42,166 nt of DNA from the IMG/VR virus record IMGVR_UViG_2554235236_000002. The stretch is one strand, 5' to 3'. Source of the DNA: a virus. Below the pieces are notes generated by a model that made no database searches, was not told the DNA's origin, and saw nothing but the letters and a program-made list of their open reading frames with translations. Position 1 is the first letter of the stretch. Each line of letters begins with the position of its first letter. The position numbers were made by a program, and so were the translations under genes. Below are positions 37,399 through 42,166 of this stretch, one piece after another.

Positions 37399-37592
37399 CA
37401 GGTAGTTTTCTTCTTAGGTTCCCAACTGCAGCCTAAAACTGAATTAATAGTCCCAGCTGTTAAGAATCCCAAAAAAACACCTAAGTAATGATTTATATTC
37501 ACACTAAACCATACACCAAGAGAAATAGCTGTGATTAGAATTTCAGAAATATTTTTAATAAATGGATGTGAATTGAAAAAATTTTTAAACAT
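37398..37592 (-). CDS. Small membrane protein
   Basis: Two hydrophobic segments; terminator directly downstream. Confidence 0.6.
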   Translation of the reverse strand: MFKNFFNSHPFIKNISEILITAISLGVWFSVNINHYLGVFLGFLTAGTINSVLGCSWEPKKKTT

Positions 37593-37860
37593 GTATTGCT
37601 CTCTTTCTGCTTTGATTTCTTAAATAGTGACTTTTTTAAACAAAGTATGTAAATAAAAAATTAGGAATCAAGCACAAGGCCAGAAATTAAAGAAGAATAC
37701 GATTATATTGACCAAACACTTATTTTTCTTTGTTTTGTGCTTATTTTGCCACAAGTTAATACACCTCTAGATGATATTTACATAGAAAATCATACCATTG
37801 AAAAATGTGATAGAGCAAGTGAGAGGGTTAAATGTAATGGCAGGGATTAGACAGGAGCAT

Positions 37861-37882
37861 AAAAAGAGGGGATTTACCCCTC
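37861..37882 (-). terminator. sspC terminator
   Basis: GAGGGG-N5-CCCCTC followed by TTTTT on the minus strand. Confidence 0.8.
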
Positions 37883-37883
37883 C

Positions 37884-38102
37884 TTAATGAAATTGACCGC
37901 CCATGTTCTGTTGAGCTAAGCGAACTAAACGTTTGGTGATTTCTCCACCAACTGAACCGTTTGCACGAGAAGTAGTCTCAGCACCTAATTGGACACCAAA
38001 CTCAGAAGCTATTTCAAGTTTCATTTGTTCAATAGCTGAAGCTGCTTGAGGAATTAATAACTCGTTATTGTTGTTTGATCTTGATCTACTTTGTTGAGCC
38101 AT
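37884..38102 (-). CDS. sspC: Small acid-soluble spore protein, alpha/beta type
   Basis: MAQQSRSRS...[10 protein letters not shown]...[16 protein letters not shown]; RBS AGGAGA. Confidence 0.96.
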   Translation of the reverse strand: MAQQSRSRSNNNNELLIPQAASAIEQMKLEIASEFGVQLGAETTSRANGSVGGEITKRLVRLAQQNMGGQFH

Positions 38103-38148
38103 CTTATTCATCTCCTAAAGTTTAATGAAAACAAGCTTGTTTGAATCA

Positions 38149-38177
38149 TATTATGGAGAGATTATTTTAATTTATAC
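38149..38177 (-). promoter_or_regulatory. SigG-type promoter of sspC
   Basis: Minus strand GTATA-N17-CATAATA. Confidence 0.7.
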
Positions 38178-38221
38178 ACGCCAAAGAAATAAATTTTTTC
38201 ATTAAGAAAGGTAGGGGACAA

Positions 38222-39049
38222 ATGAAAATTGATTATGTATCAGATCTCCATATCAATCATTGGATTCCTTGGAATGTAAATCAGATCAAGTGGGAGAAGC
38301 GAACAAGGGAAATTGTAAATAGGTTGATCTCAAACGGTAATGGGGAGGTATTGGTCATTGCTGGTGATTTTACTGAATGGAATCAACAAGCCATTTGGGT
38401 TTTAGATGAAGTAGCAAAACAGTACGAGAAGGTTTACTTCACATATGGAAATCATGATCTTTATTTACTCAGTAAAAGTCAAAAAAGAAAATACTCTGAT
38501 TCATTAGGCAGGGTGAATGATTTAGTCAAAAAGGCTGATGACATAAAGAATGTGACTCCGTTAATCAAGTCAATGGATACTTTCAAAGGGAAAGTCTTTG
38601 CAGGAGATGTTATGTGGTATTTACCAAAAGGGATTGAAGGATGGGATTTCTTCAAAGGAGTCTCTAATGACTCAAATTACATTAGCATTAATGGTTACAG
38701 TAAGGAAGATGGAGTAAGAGCAATGTGGAAAGGTTCGATGGATTGGTATGAAACGCTCGAAAAAACTCACATCGATGTGTTTGTTTCTCATGTCCCTCCT
38801 GTTCATAATCCTTTTTCTCCATTTGAACCTAATAGCTGTTATATGGTCGATGTGCCATTCATTAACGCTAAACATTGGATTTGTGGGCATGAACATTTGC
38901 AAACTGAGTTTAATCATGAGGGGACAAGCTTTCACATGAACTGTATTGGGTATCCATACGACTACGATAAGTATCCGAGTGTAAACGAGATACCAGGTAA
39001 TGAAGTAGATACCTATAAAACGTTTGAGATTAAAACCTTTGAGATTTAA
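38222..39049 (+). CDS. yotB: Calcineurin-like metallophosphoesterase
   Basis: SDLH, AGD, GNHD, SH, GHEH. Confidence 0.92.
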   Translation: MKIDYVSDLHINHWIPWNVNQIKWEKRTREIVNRLISNGNGEVLVIAGDFTEWNQQAIWVLDEVAKQYEKVYFTYGNHDLYLLSKSQKRKYSDSLGRVNDLVKKADDIKNVTPLIKSMDTFKGKVFAGDVMWYLPKGIEGWDFFKGVSNDSNYISINGYSKEDGVRAMWKGSMDWYETLEKTHIDVFVSHVPPVHNPFSPFEPNSCYMVDVPFINAKHWICGHEHLQTEFNHEGTSFHMNCIGYPYDYDKYPSVNEIPGNEVDTYKTFEIKTFEI

Positions 39050-39073
39050 AATGAAACTCCAATTTTATACAGA
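39046..39073. repeat. 28-bp boundary site, copy 16
   Basis: TTAAAATGAAA-CTCCAA-TTTTATACAGA. Confidence 0.75.
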
Positions 39074-39087
39074 AGGGAAGGGGAGAC

Positions 39088-39279
39088 ATGGAAAATGAAG
39101 TTGTATTTTTTTGTAGAAAATGCAACCATCACTTGTTTGCTAAAAATCCTACGATAAACAAATTAAATATTATATCAGAAATGGATTGCCCTAATTGTGG
39201 AGAAGAGGGTTATCATAATTGGATTCTTTCGCATATAGGAGATTCAGAGAAAGAAAAGGAGAACTACAATTGGAAGTAG
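39088..39279 (+). CDS. yotC: Zinc-ribbon protein
   Basis: CRKC...CPNC; synteny. Confidence 0.7.
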   Translation: MENEVVFFCRKCNHHLFAKNPTINKLNIISEMDCPNCGEEGYHNWILSHIGDSEKEKENYNWK

Positions 39280-39302
39280 ATAAAATGTTGATTTCATTTA
39301 GA
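39275..39302. repeat. 28-bp boundary site, copy 17
   Basis: AGTAGATAAAA-TGTTGA-TTTCATTTAGA. Confidence 0.75.
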
Positions 39303-39316
39303 AAGGTGGAAAAGTA

Positions 39317-39490
39317 TTGACCGTTACAGCTTGGATTTTGTTGATTATGTTTGGTTTATTCGCCTTATCAGATTTGAACTTAACTGAAGATGAAACAAAG
39401 CATATCAAGTTCTTCATAATAATGAAATTTGTTTCTGTCTTTATAGCTGCTATAGCTGCAGGCGTGATTTGGGGAGGGTTATTTCAATGA
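39317..39490 (+). CDS. Small two-TM membrane protein (57 aa)
   Basis: Manual translation [15 protein letters not shown]...WGGLFQ; RBS AAAGGTGG. Confidence 0.7.
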   Translation: MTVTAWILLIMFGLFALSDLNLTEDETKHIKFFIIMKFVSVFIAAIAAGVIWGGLFQ

Positions 39491-39548
39491 GATTAATAAG
39501 GAGAATGACCGTAATCTGCTTAATTAAAAATAAGACAGGAGTGGTGGA

Positions 39549-39905
39549 ATGATTCTCAAATGGATAGAAAATAAGGAGAAGAATAAGTTGATGGATGAGC
39601 TAAGTACTTTCATCGACAATTTGATGGGTGAAAGAGATTCATTTGCAGAAAAGCTGAGGAACTTCAAAAAAGATGAAGAAATCTCTAAATTGTTAAAAGA
39701 AAACGAGAATCTTAGAATTAACAGCCTTCATACATTATCTGAAAAAGAAAGGGAGGAAGCGGATGCTTTTAGGGAAGAACATTGGAAAAAATGTAAAGGT
39801 AACACATCTTTTCTTTTAACAGGTGCAAGTATTGGTACAAGAGTAGAGGTGATTTGCTCAAAATGTAAAACCCAAAAAGACATCACAGACATTAGTGTGT
39901 GGTAA
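39549..39905 (+). CDS. Hypothetical protein with C-terminal zinc motif
   Basis: HxxxC...CSKC; RBS AGGAG. Confidence 0.8.
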   Translation: MILKWIENKEKNKLMDELSTFIDNLMGERDSFAEKLRNFKKDEEISKLLKENENLRINSLHTLSEKEREEADAFREEHWKKCKGNTSFLLTGASIGTRVEVICSKCKTQKDITDISVW

Positions 39906-39923
39906 AGAATAATTTATTTCGAG

Positions 39924-40160
39924 GTGAATAAAATGGCGAAAGTTTATAAAGCAGAATTTTATATTACAGATATGTCTAATGAATTTTACAGTGTTGATGA
40001 TCTTAAAGAAAAAATTGAAGAATCGCCAACATTCAGGTGGGCACTTGTTCATGTTTCAGATGTTAAAGAATCCGAAGAATTTGAGTGGGATGATGATTTG
40101 AAAATTAACAATATTGCGGCTACAACAGAAGATCATGAAAAGTATTTCAAGGGAAGATGA
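39924..40160 (+). CDS. Acidic hypothetical protein
   Basis: ORF track; RBS GAGGTG favours a downstream ATG. Confidence 0.75.
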   Translation: MNKMAKVYKAEFYITDMSNEFYSVDDLKEKIEESPTFRWALVHVSDVKESEEFEWDDDLKINNIAATTEDHEKYFKGR

Positions 40161-40202
40161 AAAATTTATGTCTTTCAAAAAGAATAATTAAAAGGAGTAT
40201 AA

Positions 40203-40655
40203 ATGATGGATGTAATTGATGAATTTAAAGGTAAGTATTATTTCTTAAGCAATTTCTATTCAGCACCAGTTATGTATCAAGGAATCACATATCAAAATAA
40301 TGAAGCAGCTTTTCAAGCAATGAAAGTGACAAACAAATCAATTCACTTGGAGTTTTCAGATTTACCTCCTAATCTAGCAAAAAGGAAAGGGCGTAGAGTT
40401 AAACTGATGCCGGATTGGGAAGAAGTCAAAGAAACGTTTATGTATGAGATCGCGAAAGCTAAATTTGAACAAAATGATCAACTCAAGAATTGGCTTTTAC
40501 AAACTGGGGAATCAATTTTAATTGAAGGAAACACTTGGGGAGACAGAGTTTGGGGAGTTTGTAACGGGATTGGAGAAAACAAGCTTGGAAAAATTCTAAT
40601 GAGAGTCCGAAATGAACTGAAGGAGGTTTCACATGGAGGAAAGCAATCAACTTGA
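40203..40655 (+). CDS. NADAR (YbiA-like) family protein
   Basis: FLSNFY, EAAFQAMK, KFxQ, LLxTG, LIE...D..WG, G.N.LG..LM.VR. Confidence 0.92.
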   Translation: MMDVIDEFKGKYYFLSNFYSAPVMYQGITYQNNEAAFQAMKVTNKSIHLEFSDLPPNLAKRKGRRVKLMPDWEEVKETFMYEIAKAKFEQNDQLKNWLLQTGESILIEGNTWGDRVWGVCNGIGENKLGKILMRVRNELKEVSHGGKQST

Positions 40656-40830
40656 ATCGCTTTTAAGTAAGATTCAGAGAAAACTAGATACCGTGAAAGA
40701 AGCTATTGCGGACAATGATTATCCAAGAGCCAACAGAAACCTAATTAACCTTGCAAATGACAATGAGGAGCTAATGTATCAATGTAGGTTGGCCATGAAA
40801 AAGAATGGACTAAATAAAAAGACGAATTAA
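40633..40830 (+). CDS. Small helical hypothetical protein
   Basis: RBS AAGGAGGT. Confidence 0.7.
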   Translation: MEESNQLESLLSKIQRKLDTVKEAIADNDYPRANRNLINLANDNEELMYQCRLAMKKNGLNKKTN

Positions 40831-40855
40831 AAGAACTTAATCGGAGAGTGATTAA

Positions 40856-41446
40856 TTGGCAGCAACCAATCAAGGGAAAGTATTTGAAGCGAATGTTGAA
40901 AAATCAGCAAAAGATCAGAGTATATTCTTTTACAGAATTAAAGATGTTAATCCAATGTTTTTAAAGAGAGGGACTGCAGTATCCAAAAATAAATACGATT
41001 GTTTCATTCATTATAAGGGGTACTTGTTCCCTGTTGAGATGAAGTCGACAAAGAATAAGTCATTCTCGTTCAGCGAGAAAATTATAAAGCCTCAGCAAAT
41101 CAAATATCTTGCTGAAGCAGCCAAATACCCATACATAATTCCTGGTTTTTTGTTTCAATTCAGGGAACCAGAAAATAAAGTGTATTTCGTACACATTGAT
41201 GAATTCCTTACATATAAACATATAGCTGAAAATCAGTTAGAACATACATACGAGAATAAAGTTAATAAATCAAGTATTCCGATCAACATCTGTGAAGAGA
41301 TTGGAACTGAAGTCAGATGGATGAAGAAGAAAGTCAATTATACATATTACTTAAACAAGCTCTGTGATGAGCTTATAAAACAGCATGGTAATAAGACAAG
41401 TTTCGAATCACATACCCTTTTGAAAAGGGGTGGTGGTGCTTATTGA
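40856..41446 (+). CDS. yotM: RecU-like Holliday junction resolvase
   Basis: NQGKxFE, YD, EMKST, QIxYL. Confidence 0.82.
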   Translation: MAATNQGKVFEANVEKSAKDQSIFFYRIKDVNPMFLKRGTAVSKNKYDCFIHYKGYLFPVEMKSTKNKSFSFSEKIIKPQQIKYLAEAAKYPYIIPGFLFQFREPENKVYFVHIDEFLTYKHIAENQLEHTYENKVNKSSIPINICEEIGTEVRWMKKKVNYTYYLNKLCDELIKQHGNKTSFESHTLLKRGGGAY

Positions 41447-41595
41447 AATATGTTCCTGGAGTAAGATATGAACTCGAAAGAGAAAGCAGTCCAAATTGCA
41501 TTTTAAGTTTCAAAAATGAACCTAATTACGATCTTATGGCAGAGGCTTTTATAAATTTATATTATAGACTTAAACTAAAAGGAACAGTGGATTGA
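41443..41595 (+). CDS. Small terminal protein (50 aa), candidate recombination directionality factor
   Basis: Manual translation MKYVPGVRYELERES...EPNYDLMAEAFINLYYRLKLKGTVD; RBS GGTGGTG; position after yotM. Confidence 0.5.
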   Translation: MKYVPGVRYELERESSPNCILSFKNEPNYDLMAEAFINLYYRLKLKGTVD

Positions 41596-41609
41596 TCCAT
41601 TGTTCCTTT
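41578..41609. terminator. Bidirectional terminator
   Basis: AAAGGAACAGTGGA-TTGA-TCCATTGTTCCTTT between convergent genes. Confidence 0.85.
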
Positions 41610-41623
41610 ATAAATTAGAAGGC

Positions 41624-42136
41624 TTAACAATCTTCAGCTTTACTAAGGTGTAATGGTGGCGGGATCAACCATCCTTTTTCTTTATTAAGACGAAGAACCT
41701 TTGCTCCAAGTGCTGCTTTTTGAACATGAAATTGCCCGAACATCATAGCTATATCTTCTCGAATTGATTGCCCCATAATCTGACTACATGAAACTAATCC
41801 TGCAGCGATGTCTTTAGACAAAGAAGCAGATATTTCTGGGTCTTGAAAACGAGCCCCCGTTGGAATATCATCTAAACATGCTTTAGGCCGTTCAGGAGGA
41901 GTTGGCGGTAAACCGATACCATTTTGTTTTAATAGAGCTTCAATTTGTTTAATTTCTTGCTGTCCTCCCTGTATGGCTTCTTCAAGTAATTTTTGCAAGT
42001 CTCCATCACCAGCATGATTCAACTGTGTTTGATAACTCGCAACCATTCCTTTAGCAGTTGTAAGAAATGACCATGCACCAAAAACTTCACCATAATGCAT
42101 CGGTTCATCAGTTGGATTTCCACTTAAAATACCCAT
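41624..42136 (-). CDS. DUF3231 family (ferritin-like) protein
   Basis: MGILSGNP..EPMHYGEVF start, KEKGWLIPPP end; RBS AAGGAG before ATG at 42136. Confidence 0.8.
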   Translation of the reverse strand: MGILSGNPTDEPMHYGEVFGAWSFLTTAKGMVASYQTQLNHAGDGDLQKLLEEAIQGGQQEIKQIEALLKQNGIGLPPTPPERPKACLDDIPTGARFQDPEISASLSKDIAAGLVSCSQIMGQSIREDIAMMFGQFHVQKAALGAKVLRLNKEKGWLIPPPLHLSKAEDC

Positions 42137-42166
42137 AAAAACACTCCTTATCGTTTCAAAATTCAT

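Larger units (their letters stand above)
1..42166. mobile_element. Segment of an SPbeta-like temperate Bacillus phage/prophage
   Basis: Gene order ligB...yorF-yorL...nrdIEF-trx-dut...sspC-yotB...RecU-like matches SPbeta; dense small + strand ORFs; no att site identified. Confidence 0.95.

Noticed and set aside
37600-37770. Minus-strand ORF after RBS GAGGTG
   Set aside because: All frames stop early; at best a decayed gene.
39897-40183. Two further boundary-site candidates (about 39903 and 40162)
   Set aside because: Wrong spacing or only one good arm; mentioned only as half-sites.

Overview
This window is the replication, nucleotide-metabolism and accessory arm of an SPbeta-family Bacillus prophage, roughly the yoq-yor-yos-yot region. 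It holds ligB and a complete replication module (yorE-yorL: SSB-like protein, Sak4-like ATPase, DnaB helicase, primase, RecJ, DnaE). It also holds nrdI-nrdE-nrdF, thioredoxin, dUTPase, thymidylate synthase, sspC, yotB, a NADAR protein and a RecU-like resolvase. nrdE is split by a group I intron carrying an HNH endonuclease. Four near-identical sigmaA promoters with a conserved spacer drive the + strand. The main unexplained signal is a 28-bp pseudo-palindromic site with 11-6-11 architecture (TYTRNWTRAAA-N6-TTTYAWNYARA). I found 17 copies, all at gene boundaries in the accessory regions and none at gene boundaries of the core replication module. Several pairs bracket single promoterless genes, which suggests an integron- or pdif-like gene-cassette system; this is an inference and no recombinase lies in the window. 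SPbeta gene symbols are assigned from recalled synteny and motifs, not from a database search.
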